Assembly: GCF_964355755.1 (NCBI RefSeq)
Contig: NC_092676.1
Span: forward strand, 6,301,888 to 6,365,887
Origin: Antedon mediterranea
Lineage: Eukaryota > Animalia > Echinodermata
Reading direction: 5' to 3'
DNA: 64,000 nt
Shown here: piece by piece, positions 1 to 14,407 of the stretch
Position numbering within the stretch: the stretch's first letter is position 1
Layout: every line of letters begins with the position of its first letter
The notes under the pieces: generated by a model
Database searches by the model: none
The model's input: the letters and a program-made list of their open reading frames with translations, nothing else
Told to the model about the DNA's origin: nothing
Position numbers and translations under genes: made by a program

Positions 1-1184
1 ACCCATTAGGCGGAGGAGCCCCGGTTAGCGGTTAACTCTTGACAGCCCAACTAATGTGTTTTCCCAAGGACAATTTATAAATAACTAAACTTTGTCACCA
101 CCCATAAGTGTGTCTGTTCAATTCCCATTGACCAATGAACACCAATGTAACTGGACCTGAGTTTCTTGCTATTCGACCTTGGGTGTGCAAATTACACAAT
201 TCATTGATGTAAGGTCTTTTTAGACGGTGGGGCATAGACCTTGAAAGAGGCCTAGAAAGTGGATTTTGTGATCTCCTCCTAAGGATTGGGATGGATGATA
301 TTTTTTTTTATGTATAGTTGATATGTATCTAATTAATAATTCAGTTGATCCCGCTTCCAAAACATACGCATTAAGTGACGTTTTAGCTGCAAAAAAAATC
401 GTATTTTGTACATAACGAAATACATAAGAAATAGCGCCCTCTGTTGACGTAAATTGCAATTTTAATTGCAAGTTGCTGTATCAGCAGATGGACTGTATAG
501 CGTTTTTTTGCTGAACAATGTTAATACTAAATGATTCCAATATAAAAATTGACTGCCAGCTTAATCAATATCAACTTCATCAATTGATAAAAACGGTAGC
601 CAATACATTTGCCCTGTACAATTATTAATAAATAAGGCTAATGAACAAGGCTTTTATGTTGGTTTGTCCCAATTTTATTTCTAAAATCTTTTTTAATATT
701 AATGCAGTAGACAAACAGTATTTACACTGACATGCAATCAACATGAATTATTTCAATTTTTCTACAATGTTTCATAGATGATTTTTCTTTCTTTTTTTAC
801 AATTACACAAGTATTAAAAACGATAAACAATTTTACAATGTTTTTTTGGATAGTCTACCAATATTTTTTTTTTTCAAAAAGACTAACTTATAAAACAATG
901 TGATCTATATATTTGTATTCAGCCTCATACAGTACACTATATTTACTGTAAACAATGTTACAATAGTTTCACAATATAATGTTACTAAATTAGTAATGCC
1001 AGAAAATCCATTAAATAATTTCAGAGATATACCTGGAATTTGTTGCAAATAAAGAGAATAATAAAGAGCGGCACGTTGAAAAGAAAATGTTAATCCTACT
1101 ACTTCAACCAAACACACGAAAAGATATACCACGTTACTCATCAGCTATAGTGCAAACCCTGCGTCCAGTCGATTGCACGAGAGA

Positions 1185-1670
1185 ATGGAAATTCCTGAAT
1201 GTTGTGTTTGTTTACAGAGCCTTAACAATGTCACTCAGCTATGGAAATGTAATCGATGCAATTACATCTGCCATACTACCTGCTTAAATTTATGCGACAC
1301 ATCGCAAACATGCTCACATTGTGGGTTTGTTATGACTGAAAACTCTCGAATACATCGGGAATGCCAAATTTGTGATGATCCCCTTAGGCAACAATGGACA
1401 TGTAATACATGCCGCCGCATCTTTCATACTGCCTGCATTGCGGAATGGTGTGAGGAATCGCAAACATGCCCACTTTGTAGGTGCGGTATCGAAACTACCA
1501 TCCCCCAACTGTGGGAATGTGATGGATGTGAGTCAATCTTCCATACAGCCTGCATTGAGAACAGGTGCAATGCGTCACAAAGATGCCCAATATGCATCGA
1601 AAGAAATCATGAACGCTTGTTAGCGGAATCTGACAAAAGTTGGATCAGAACATTCGATTTCTATACCTAA
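1185..1670 (+). CDS. Small protein with three tandem C4HC3 RING/PHD-like zinc fingers (putative E3 ligase), intronless
   Basis: First ATG at 1185 (the ORF track starts at TTG 1173). Repeated C-x2-C...W-x-C-x2-C-x3-H-x2-C...C-x2-C pattern, e.g. CQIC..WTCNTCRRIFHTACIAEW..TCPLC and WECDGCESIFHTAC..RCPIC. Confidence 0.7.
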   Translation: MEIPECCVCLQSLNNVTQLWKCNRCNYICHTTCLNLCDTSQTCSHCGFVMTENSRIHRECQICDDPLRQQWTCNTCRRIFHTACIAEWCEESQTCPLCRCGIETTIPQLWECDGCESIFHTACIENRCNASQRCPICIERNHERLLAESDKSWIRTFDFYT

Positions 1671-1761
1671 ACATTTAGGTGAAATATTATGTATATAATT
1701 TCTGTCTTTGTGTATTATTTATAATAGTGGCTGTATCAATATGACATGCATAATGGTAAAA

Positions 1762-4532
1762 CAGGGCGTACAGGCTAGGAAGGCAAACAAATGTCATTAT
1801 CCTGAAAAATATTTGGTTGTAATTCCCTTTAATATTTAGTTATTAGACTTTATATGGAAGAATTTCATTCACTTCAGTTTATTAATTTATTAAATTATTA
1901 TCATTAATTAACCATGCAGTTACTACAGTGACTACTGTACCTTCCGTTTACTCTTTACTTTTAACCTGCTATTTAGGTTTGAGGTTGGCGGTAAACATAC
2001 ACACAGTTTATTGCATGCTGTCTCATTTTTACATTGAACAAACTAATTAGTCGTAAGTTTGTGGCAGAGAAAAAATGTTTTTTACTGCGCAGTAAATGCG
2101 GCAGTAGAATAATTTTGAATCAACTAAATTTCAAAAGTTATTTTTTTTTTGCTGAAACATGCTCAACTATATACATATATTATTATATCCAAAATCTACC
2201 ATATCTGTCCATTTTAAATGACCTAATTTGCATAAAATCAAAATGGCTGCCATCTTACAACTTTGACCCCAATTATCTCTTGGTATAAGATGTATTAAGG
2301 ACAGATATATGTTTATATTCGTGTTTAATACATTCTTATACAACTTTCTTCATGGTTTAAGAGATAATTGGGATGAAAGTTGTCAAATGGCAGCCATGTT
2401 GATGTTATGAAAATTAGACCACTTATACTGGGTAGATCAGGCTAGATTTTGGATATAGCATTCTCTAATATATTTTGAACATATTTCAACAATAAAACAA
2501 ACTGTTGTAATTTGTTTGACTCAAAGGCTATTTTGTAGCTATTTCCACCCATGTAAATAACATTGTCATTCCATATATCACCAAATATAATGTAAGTAAT
2601 GTGGTTTATGGGTAATTTATGGTGATTACAATCAAATTTCAAATTTTAACTTCACGGGACTGGCGGTTTTCGAGATATCGCGATTTCAATTTTCTGGGTT
2701 TTTTTTTGTTGAAAAATGGCGCGGTCGCTACATTTCAAATAGCTGTATTTCGGGAAGTATATTATACATGTCCGATTTTGAAAAACAAGATCTTTTTTGT
2801 AAAAAGAAGATCTTAAGAAATCTTATTACGAACTATATACGGTGTACTTATACACAGGGTCAATTTGAGGTACATTCTTTAAAAAATAGCTTGGAATACA
2901 CCAGATTGACATACTGTATACAAAAACACCTAAATTACATGGTATGTCAACTTCCAATTCAAATTTAGATTAAATCAGATGTCCTATAGACCTAGCCATT
3001 TAATACCAACAACTATTGAGAAATATTACTCTTCAGCTAATTTCAGTTTATTTGAATTTTTGCTATGGATTTCGGATTTCAAAATACATATATAATTAAG
3101 TTTATTAACAAAGGTATTAAGTACTCTCTGTATATACATCTTCGGTCGTTTAAGATAGGAATTAAGTAAGACAACTAAATACTCCCCCAAATTTATTCCG
3201 TATGATAATTGGATAAATAGACTAACATTTTCGTAATCCATTTATTGAAATTTGACTTTTCCTTTCAAACCATCGGAGAGACAATAATAACAGAACGTTG
3301 TAAAACAATTAATGAAAAAAAAAGTTATAATCAATTAGTCTTAAGAAACTGAAAGATTATTAGAACATTTTTGAATTTCAGTTTGGAACAAATTTACAAT
3401 TTTATAAAATTCATTAACTACAAATTGTATTATTGAACGAACAAAATAATATAAAATATCAAAATCAACAAAAATAAATATCACTCATTTTTAAATATCA
3501 TGTACTGTAGAGCAATTATATAGGCCTACAAAAAAAAAACAAGTTATTGAATTATGATAAGTTGACATACATTTCAGATATTGGAAGTAAGTAATTAATA
3601 GCTAATGCATTTTACAATTAAGAATTTTAACAATAAAGTGTTAGTAAAGGTAGAATGTGTTTCTAAAAGGAAATAAAGTAAGGTTGAGTATGTCTCGACG
3701 TTGTTATGTTACAACCTTCTAATGGAGAATGTAGATTAACAACCGAAACATTGAGGCATTCTTAAAGATGTATTGTCCCCCAAAAATATGAAAAATGAAG
3801 ATTAATTAAATCAGGCTTTGATAGGTTATTTTGTACTTTTAATCAAATTAATCACTTGCAGAGAAAAAAAACACGAAAAAAAATTATGTTTTCATTATAA
3901 AATGACAGAATAAAAGGTTTAATTTTAACCGAAAATCTATTTGCTGGCAGCCAATTTGACTATTTTGTGCTTTAAATTACAGTTTTTTCAGGTAAATATT
4001 TTTTTTTTGATCCAATTTTTGGTCAAAGTGGATAACTATTATATGATATTAAAATGGCGTATTCAACAACAAATATTAAAGAAAATATTTTTTCAGGTGG
4101 ACAATATATCTTTAATGATACTTTATTTACTTCTCCTCATGTAAACCTTTAAACAATAACGAATTGTTTAGTTATTCACAATTTTGGAAATTCCTAAGTA
4201 TAGTACAGAATTACATTTCTAATTTTCATTTGGAGAAATTATTTATAAGACCGTTTTAGTTTAAAAAAAATATAAAAAAAAATAAAAAAAAAAATTTAAA
4301 ACTTTGAAAAAAAAAAATAAATTTAAAACTTTGAAAAATATGTTGAAATATGTTGAAATATATACAACATAGACAGTTATTTGTAAGCAAAAATAAATGA
4401 AACAAAATATAAAAAAAATCAAAAAAAGTAAAAATGAAAAAAAAAATTATTATAAGAGAAATACAATTTAAAAGATTAAAAATGCACGTAATTTCACCTT
4501 TCGCACCTTTTAGTTATTGCCTGTACGCCCTG
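1762..4532. mobile_element. Possible non-autonomous DNA transposon with 14-16 bp TIRs
   Basis: CAGGGCGTACAGGC at 1762-1775 and its reverse complement at 4519-4532; AT-rich non-coding interior; no clear TSD. Confidence 0.45.
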
Positions 4533-4955
4533 TTAATTAGATGTATAGTAGTATATATATCAACTTGTTAGCAATTACTTCTCATTCATTAAAAAATGTA
4601 AACAATAATTACAGTAATGTGTAGTGTCATTTTTTTCATCTAATTTTTACAATCATTTCTTCATTTTATCCCTGTAATTATTAACATTCTATAAAAAAAA
4701 ATTACCTACAATAATCTCTGAAAAAAAAAAACATTCATCTGCAACATGTTAAACGATTGCCATTGTCATATTTGTTTCGTCTGGAAAATTTAAAAATAAT
4801 ACCGACAAAGTTGAGGTGCAAAAGTATGTATGTACATGTATGTGTATGTATTAATTATTATTATTATGTATATAATTATTTTATTTCTAATCTCATTTAA
4901 ATCTCAAGTGCAAAATTTGTCTATCCCCCATCGACAGACACAGTACATTTTTTAA

Positions 4956-5471
4956 GAGCTGAAGGGGTCGTGAAACACACAGCCAGTCTGTGGTTCTTAT
5001 TGGGCCAACCTGTGGTCCGAGGGCGCTAGACATTTCGGCCAGCCCGTGGTCCCGAGTGCGCTAGCATGATCCACACGGCCACGCCAGTCTGTGGTTATTT
5101 TTTAGGACAGCCTGTTGTCCGCGGGCGCTGACATAACCTTTCATCAGCTTTTTTCACATAACTTTTTTTAGCGGAAAATTACTAAGCATTTTGCATGTCC
5201 CGAATGATAAAGAATTACTTGCTTAAATTACTATGGAAAATCAACGTAGGCCTAGACCTACTACTAGGTAGCCGAGGCCTGTGTCGAAATAATTATAAAT
5301 AAAAGCTAAACACTTTACTAGTTATTCATAATAAATAATGCCTACTAAAGAAGGCCTGCCCTTAGTTAAATTGTAGTCTAGCGCTCTCGGACCCTGGCAG
5401 GCCGTGTGTTTCATGCTAGCGCCCTCTGGAAAGAATCACAGACTTGCTGTGTGTTTCACGACCCCTGCTCT
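4956..5471. mobile_element. MITE with TTAA flanks (Kolobok/piggyBac-type)
   Basis: Imperfect TIR AGGGGTCGTGAAACACACAGCCAGTCTGTGGTTCTT near 4963 vs AAGAATCACAGACTTGCTGTGTGTTTCACGACCCCT at 5431-5466; TTAA at 4952-4955 and 5472-5475. Confidence 0.65.
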
Positions 5472-6899
5472 TTAAGAGAGGGGACGGTTTTCCCCCAAAT
5501 TAAAACAAAATGTACACAGTGGCAGATCCAGATGTCCCCCATCTGTAATATGATTTTTGTTTTATCATTTTTTATTTTTACAATAATGCGTGTTCTTTAT
5601 AGGAGGTATGATAATTATTATTAGTATTGATAAAAACTGGTTTTCATAGCAGAATATAAATAGAAATATAAGTTATATATTTTCACTGCATCGGCATGAC
5701 AATTTGTAACTCTCCATTTTGCGCGCCTTTTTTAATATATTAATTAATTTGTAGGATCTGTTTTATAATATGTACTTTTATACATTTCCGTTTTTTCAAG
5801 CGTCTTAATGTATCAGTGTATAATAGCGTCTTGATACGATAATTGATTCCCGTGACAGTGTGGACGTCGTGATTTTCCCACAACAAGACGAGGGATATAG
5901 GGGAGGGGTAATTTGTCCTCATGGCCAACGCGAGAAAGGTCAACAACATTCTGTGCCGCTTTATGGCCGGATAAAATAACACTATAGTGTCGGTATACTC
6001 TGTTGTATTATCAAATTCAAGTATTCATTTTATAATTTGATTTTTTCCCCTGTACCAAAAACGTGGAATATCTCCACTCCGACTCGACCCCTCGGTGTCT
6101 TAACCAATAAACTCCCCTCCCTTATAGGCCTACGTCACTTAAATTACAGAAAATGAGACAAACTGCGATTGTACTGTTTAAGGAAAGCAAAAATCTATTT
6201 TATATTCAGGTCAGTAGAAGTGGTTTTGAAATTCACGATTTAATAATTACTTAGTATTACATACGAAACCGCAACTTAGTACTCTAAAAGCTAATACAAG
6301 TGCAGTTAATTGTTTGACGTTAATAATGGAAGTATATGGCGACAGATAATACATTTGACAAAACTGATAAAATAATAAAAGATAGGACTAATTAACCACA
6401 ATAATGAAGGCACGTCACTCAATTTACGAAAAGTACAGTAACAGGAACTGTTCTTTAGTTTATTCTACAATACAAACTAAAGTAAATAAGTGTTATGACG
6501 TTTTTCCTATTGTGACGATTTGATGAAAAATACTAAATAAAAATAATTTGATTTAATTTGAGGAATTGCTTGATAGCAGCAATTACGTATGTACATTTAT
6601 GGATATTCACAAAAAAACTAAAGCAAGCAAACAAAAAATTAAAAAGGCTTGGTAAGCAGCCTGATCATGACGTCATCTCTGATAGATAGACCAAAACGAG
6701 AAGTTACCAAAATAGCTATTCAAAAATCTATAAATCTTATAACAATTATTCGACGAATTAACATTATCTACCGGCATATAATTTATAATAATAATATTTT
6801 AGATGATAGTATATATTTTGACATGAATAGAAGAAAATTGTAAACTGCCTATACTAAATATTAAGAAATACATTTTTAAACGGTACGATTAGGCAATCT

Positions 6900-6960
6900 G
6901 AATGAGAAAAAAGTCACCCAACCGAGAATCGAACCCGGATCTTCCGCTTGATATGCATAT
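6900..6960 (-). repeat. Diverged fragment of the tRNA-bearing repeat found at 47.6-48.75 kb
   Basis: GAATGAGAAAAAAGTCACCCAACCGAGAATCGAACCCGGATCTTCCGCTTGATATGCA aligns with 47702-47760. Confidence 0.6.
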
Positions 6961-8841
6961 ACAGTACCAGTGTATCTAGTAGGTGGCTATTCTTAGGGCT
7001 GTTTGTATTTACAATATTACTCTAGAAAGTTCAGAGTTAAATACAGTAATTCTATTACCAGTCTAAAAAATATACCGGTACGGTTTAGACTTGGTTATGC
7101 TGTAGGCCAACATCGTTTTGTCACGGCAAGTTGCAACCATCGTGGATAATTATACGCATTGTAAACCACGCCGGATATATTTCTATGTCTCATCTCCTTT
7201 ACGATCAGCTACTAAGTTGGCTGTGTGGTTGGTATTATATGAAATGTTGAAGGCTTATTGAAAACAATATCCCTGATGATTCACTATTATGAAACCAATG
7301 CCCTTTTGTATAATTGAAGAACCATTGTACCCGGGATTGTACCATTGAAAAAAACAAACTTTAGGTCTAAATGGTGCGATAACAAACGTGGTTAGAAAGA
7401 CCTAAAGATTATTTTTGAATTATTAGAATATTCCCACTTAGCCTCGATATTATTAAAAAACGATAAAGTTATAGTTATCAGTTCGGTATCAGCATTAGGT
7501 CTATACTGTACTGAACTCAAAACACAGCTGAAACAATGTATAGGCCTACACGAGCGAATAGAAGTTTTCATAGGGCGTAGATCAATTTGTAATACGGGGT
7601 TGTATCATCTCCGTTCCCCCTTATAATCTGACTGTACCATAACAAATCAATTTCTATCGCCTTTATTCACAAAATACAATTGTTCAATCATTAATGTTAT
7701 AATGTTTCTTAATACATTCGTATATATTGTTAATGGTACCACTATCTAACCCAAGTATCAGTATCAGTTATCGGTATCAGCCTATTCGGTATCAGCATAG
7801 GCCCACTGTTAGGTAAAAAAGACGATTGAAAAAAATTGTATGAGCAAAGTTTTCACTAAATCAACAGGTAATACGGTTTTATATCCGTATTACCCCTTAT
7901 AATGTGACCTTACCATAAACAATAAATGTATATCACCTTTGTGCACACAGTTCTCAGCTGAATGTTATATTGTTTCTTAAATTTGATATTATGTTGCCAC
8001 TATCTAACCCTATACCCACGTAAACCCAGTCCCATGTGAAATTCTGGAACCGCCACAACCTTAACTTCTTGTCTGTTCACTGCTGTCTGTTCATTTACCC
8101 GGGTAAGTTGGGCCCCTAGAACCAAACTATCCGGGTACATAACTAAGCTGGAATGGGCCCTGGATGGATGGGACATAACACCAGCTTGTCTAACAATGCA
8201 ATACAATGTAAGGCAAACTGATTGTATGAATTTTATGGAGACATTATACGATTGTTATTATTTAAATAAGATTAATTATTTCGCTATTATTGGCCTTCTG
8301 TTCAAAATTAGAGCGACTATAAAGAATGTATGGCTCTCTCAATTGTGTCTATACTGCGCGATCTATGTAATCAAATCGGTTGATTTCATGCATATCATTT
8401 GTTTTGTCATGCATGTAAAAATCTAATTTCGTTACTGTCAACAAGAGAAGCTGTGTTGGGACACTGCTGGGACTCTACCGTAAGTTGAGAGAGAAATATG
8501 TGTGGTATTTCGAGACGAGGAAATTATTGAGCTTTTAGGCCAAAGTGAGGATACAATTCAGTTACATTGCTTCCTTTTGCAATGGGTGAATATCACTTTT
8601 CTTATGCCTGTAGGCCTATTTTACCATCTGTAATTGTCAAAGCCTTGCACATACCATACTTGCCATAGTCATTTGCCAAAGTACTAGCATCTATGGTTGG
8701 TACTTGGCCTACAGATCGTAAAAACACCTGACCAAATATGTATAACATACATTATGCATGTGTGTATTGATTTGTAGTAGTCAAAAATACCAACATAGTC
8801 GTTTTGTTATCAGTCTTTTTGGTGGTGGAAGGGACCCGGCA

Positions 8842-9179
8842 GCAATATTTCTTTTAGTACATAAGTTGGGGACCCCTCATGAAACATCACAAAATAAATA
8901 TATGAATATTCAATAATCATATCCATAAGGTGTGACATAAGAATTGAGCTAACTACAATTCGCTAATGCAAACGATTTCTGTCGAGCCGTCTGTGTAGTC
9001 TCAAGTGTATTAGACAATCGACTTTACATGTCGATGTATGGGGTTCGAATCCCATGAGCTACTTCATTTACTTTATAGTGAGAGAGATTATTTAGAGAGT
9101 TAAGGTTTAGTTATATTTAGGAAGTAGTTCGGCTAACTTTTATATTGGGTCCCCAACTTATGTACGAAAAAAAAATCGC
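8842..9179. mobile_element. MULE-type MITE with 9-bp TSD, carrying a tRNA-like segment
   Basis: TSD GACCCGGCA at 8833-8841 and 9180-9188; ~33-bp TIRs containing GTACATAAGTTGGGGACCC; internal anticodon-arm-like ATCGAC-TTTACAT-GTCGAT and T-arm GGGTTCGAATCCC. Confidence 0.75.
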
Positions 9180-10326
9180 GACCCGGCATCACCTTTTAGT
9201 GGAGTTAGGAATATTTGCAAACTTTGCAGCCTATCCATTCAATCTTTTATTTCGGAATGTCTGGTTCATAGAAAGTATAATTACATAATAAATGAATTCA
9301 AAATAAACAAGACTGTACTATAATTATGTACTATACTCATCTCAGGATGGCATTCCACCTGGAGAGTATCTTTGACTTGTAAAAGACTTTGTTGAGACTA
9401 AAACATTTTCAGCTGCACTTAATAACACTGATTTTTGTTTTCATTTCACAACATAATATCCTGGTTGGTACAGTATTTATATGTTGTAAAATCACCTGAC
9501 TACAATTTATGATACATATTCATCGAAACCACCAATTAATTGCAATATTTTTGAACGGTTGTTTTCAGTTGCTACTTGTTCTAAACCGTCATCGCCTGGG
9601 AAATTGGGTGGGGGTGTAGGGAGTTGGGATGGGGACGTGTTCATAGCTTAGGTTGTTCAGTGGGGTCACTGTAAGGTCACATCAGAGGTAACGTTGGCAT
9701 TAACAAGTATACGTCTCGTTACACTGTTGACCTTTACTAAACTTTTTTACGATTAATTTCTTAACGGGTCGTTTCCAGAACTGAATTGTATTTTTCCCCA
9801 GGTAGGTACATTATATTGACACGTACAACCTGGCTATCAACAGACGCATTGTTAAATACTTTAATGCTCCAATGCTATAGTTTGTCTACTGGTTTCGGTA
9901 TGCTATTCGTACACTGAGCTGTTATTATATCCATCAGTATTATAATTCAATAAAGTATTGTGGGTTCTAGATGTAGATTCAAAAACATTTTTCGGTACAT
10001 GGCGGTTTGTAATAGAGCTGTAATTTACAGACAAAAATCGAAACGCCGACTGGTGTAATACCACTGTCATTATAAACAAAAACAGACTGGGGAAAGTGTA
10101 AATGACGTCATGAAGTGTCCGATCGCTCCCCATACTTTCCAAATGTTTAAATGCATGCATTTTGTCAGTATCTCTGCATGAATATGGCTGCGGAAGGGTG
10201 ACAGAATAAATTTTAGCTTTGACAGTTCGAATTACGTAATTTGTTACAATACTCGCTACAATACTCAATGGAGCGTGAGAATTGATTGGGTTCATTGCAC
10301 CTTATAGTTCTACCTAGGAAGAATGG

Positions 10327-10643
10327 TTGAATTGAAATGAAATTTATATTTATACTGGGTAACCTTGTCAGTCAAAGACTGGTCTCCCAGAGGGCCCAGT
10401 TGGTGATCAGTGATGTACTAATACACCGGGGTAACCCCCTACTCGTCTCGAAAGATGTACTAGGTTCTTTAAAGTGCACACGAGCTAGATGTGTACACTG
10501 GACCTACGGTTTATAGTCCTTATCCGAAAAGACTCGTTCTACCACCAGAACCATGGAGTGAGTGAGCCTCGAACCCCTGCCGATGTTATGGCTATGTAAT
10601 TACGGTTCCACTGTCTTAACCGCTCGGCCACTCACTCACTCCA
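10327..10643 (-). mobile_element. tRNA-derived SINE with Deu/Nin core domain, full length
   Basis: tRNA-like head (TGGCCGAGCGG..GGTTCGAG), core GCACTTTAAAGAACCTAG..GAGTAGGGGGTTACCCCGGTG resembling the Deu domain, ATTTC-type tail; second copy at 36612. Confidence 0.8.
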
Positions 10644-13600
10644 TTCCATCATTCAGTTAACTAGCCTAACTCCTAGTAGTAAATAACGCGGACATTTCCT
10701 TCCTGTTTAAATAACCGTATACCAATTTAATTGCTTCCCATTTCTATGTGTTGTTGGGTTTTTTAGGCTCATATTGTTTTCTCTTTAGCAATTTTGCCGA
10801 ATGTGATAAATAAATGCTACTAACTAATGTTTACGGTACGAGCCATGTTTTACGTTGCTGAGTCTAATACTTCAAAGTTTCTGTGGATAGGCACTATAAG
10901 GCCTACACTGTTTAAATCGACCCTCCATTTATTATCGAGTAAATGTCATTGCAGCCGTGTAAACGCGTGTTAACTCTCATCAATCCAAACTGTAACAATA
11001 TAATTATGTATGTTGTCTATTGATTAGTAGGACACAATGTATTATTTGTGTTGATTATAACATAGTGAACCTCCTGAATATTTCCAGTTTTTCTCCAGGT
11101 CCAGGATTCAATCCTGAGCTACATGGTTTACACTCCATACCCTAAGCCTACCTGAGGCTTACGTTAGGCTTTACACGATAAAGCTTATGTCGGGACTAGT
11201 TACTTGCTTTAGGGCCATGTGTATAAATTGTATTAGGTCTGCTGTCATTCATTGAATACATTTGCCATTAAAGTTTTCATCAATAGTATAAGTATTAGTA
11301 TTTACTTTTCCCTATTGTTTACGGCTAAATCTGTCTCTAAGTTGGATTTATTCAAATCACGTCTTTAGCGTAAGATAGTACACTACACAAGACAGGATTA
11401 CGGATCATGCAAATACGGAGATAATCTAAAATGCTAATGACATTCTAAGCAGTGGTTTTCAATAACATTATACCTACGCAATTGTATTCATAGGCCACTG
11501 ATTTATATTCTATACTGACAGCAAAGAGCTGATTTCTGTAAGCCTATTCCCCGTCATTGTAAGTTGCTTTTGTCGAAAAGCATTCGAGTAGATATTATTT
11601 GTAGCTTGTTCCATTTTATGCCCAGTTGCACAGATTTATTGAATAGATTATTCTTTTCGTATTATTCACAATACAAGTACAGGATAAAAACGTTAAGTTG
11701 GTATTCAGTATATCACACACACTAAAATAACGCACAGTGTTATTTATAATCTAAACATAGTCTTAGAAACACAAACAGTGTACATACTAAAACGTATAAT
11801 ATTTCAATAAGTTTAGTTACATTAATAAACATGTATTCCGTACCATATTAAAACTACCTGCAGACTACTGCATATTCGTAAAGAATATCTGGAATTTATT
11901 TGTTGTAAATATGCTATCCTCAAAGACCACATCAACATCCACTTAGTACGTAATCGCGCCGCAATGACGTATTGCACGCTGCAACGCACGTAATTGACCT
12001 ATTACAAGCGACGGATCAACAAAACTTTCGCATGCGATTGGTCGAATTACTTTCGTTACGTGTACTCTTGTGTTGTGTCTACTAGTGGGAGAACAAGATT
12101 AAACAACAAGTACTGTATCTAGATTTACCCTGTATCATGGAATATTTGGTATATACAACATCACATGTATATCCTAGTATCACATACTACATGACCCTTA
12201 CCCAAACCTTACACGATACAGGCACCACATGTATAATGCAAATGAGATGATGTTTTACCAAATGTACTTCCATGATACTGGCAGAATATATTGTAGTATT
12301 TGGAGATACAACACCGATAATCGGGTACTTGCTCACTTCGCCTCCCTCGATCCCTCCCGTAGCCCCAAAAGAAAGTGTCAAATTTAAAGGAAACGTAGGT
12401 ATTTTCTTAATTCCCAAAGAGCTCTGAATAATAGAAACGTGCTGAATAATATTATTATATTATATAGCCTCAAGCATCATTATACTTTCATTATAGGTTT
12501 ATATATTTTTAGTATTATTATTTCCTTATACTAAGTTTGTCATTCGATGGCGAAGTTTTGTCAACACGGAAGTCCGACATAAAATAAATTCTGCTTAAGA
12601 AATATTTTACAACTGTCAAAAGACGTGTACAATAGACTCCTCAGGGGGTCTTAAATAAACAGTAAGACCCACTATGCGGGTGTAAAAGATTTTTTGGAGA
12701 TGGTACGAACAAGTTCAATGTTTCCCTTTCAGGAAATAAAATGTTATTTACTTTACATTTGAGAACTGTATTGGAAATTCGAGCTGCTCTATTATACTAC
12801 CAAGAATGGGTACCACAGTTAATTCCCCAAAAATGTATGGTTCTTTATTTACAAGAACACAAATAAACATTCGGTTTAAGGCTGTATTTCCTTATTACAT
12901 ACAATATTATGTTTCGTATCGCTATTGAAGATAGGCCTACCTAAAAACCAAGTATATGGTTTTGCCGAATTCTTTCACTCTCGTTTGTTTAAGATTGAAG
13001 TTATGACGAGACCGTTTAAACCAAACTTAACATCGTATAAAACAATTAAGCTTGCTTTTGTTAAAAGCACAATAGCAATCCTTCGAGATCATGCCCACTT
13101 TGCTTGGATACAAATCCCTTAAAATACGAACTAAGCCAACTGATTCAATTTTGATATGAATAGTGTATTCAAAACGTAAAATTACAAGATATATGATGAA
13201 ATAGGCTTAACTATTGATAATTAAAAAAATATGTTGATAGTTGTCAGCGGACTCTCTATACCCAATTAACTATTAAACTCTGTTATATATAAAACCATTA
13301 CGTATGTATTAAATAAGAATTGAAACTACAATTAAGTTTAGAGAAAGTTATGTCTTAATTTATTTAACAACACAATCGGAATGTTAATTATACAATACCA
13401 AATAATCATAATAATACGTTATAATCAATCACATTTCTAAATATATAATATACAATTATTAATAAAAAATAATAATGTATTTATAATAATTGTTATTGTC
13501 ATTTTTAGAAATTTATACAATATAACATAAATAGACGTATTAAAACTTTACATTTTATAAATTTGATAAAAAATTATTATGGAGATTGAACAACCTTAAA

Positions 13601-14407
13601 TGCTCATTTTATACAACTTAAATTTAGAGGATTTGTTAGGCCTCGTCCAGAAAATACATTATAATTACACATAGGTACATTTGTTATTATATTGAAAGAG
13701 CTAGGCCATTGGTGTTTGCAGCAAACTGCAAATGTATCTCTGTTAAACAGTACATCGAGTTGAAATATAAATAGATAATGTAATTCCCTTTATAATTGAT
13801 TGTGGTACGGTAATCCTAGCCTACAGTCTAGAAATTACAAAAATAGTATAAATGATAATTACAATGTTATAAAAATAGCTGCTGATGTATTTGATACTTG
13901 TGTTTTATTGATTTTCTGAGCTAGTCGTGGGCCTTACATTATGTTATGGATAATTAACGAATACATTATAAATTAATACAAATATACATAATAGACATTG
14001 TACACAGAAGCAAGTATAGGCCTAGATTGTGCCGTGTGGGCCGTTTGGTATGAATATTGAACAAATGCATTGTAAGCTAACACAAATATACACAGACGTT
14101 GTATATACTGTATATAATAATAATATATACAAGTAGGCCTATTACAGTTTCGTGATTATATGAAAGAGTACCAATATCTTATATTACGACACATTATTTT
14201 CATTTTTTTTTGTTACTCTTTGGTGATTCTTAAAAGCAATGTTATATTACAAATGGTTTTCTGTTTTTAAACTTAATAATCTTATTTTAGATTGTTTTAC
14301 TAATAATTTAAATATATAATTATTTATTTCTATATAAAATCGAAGAACAACAAGAATATATACATCAAAATATGAAAGATTTGAATTTTTAGAAAATTGT
14401 TACATAT

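Noticed and set aside
9903-10295. 130-aa minus-strand ORF
   Set aside because: No recognisable motifs; composition consistent with a chance ORF.
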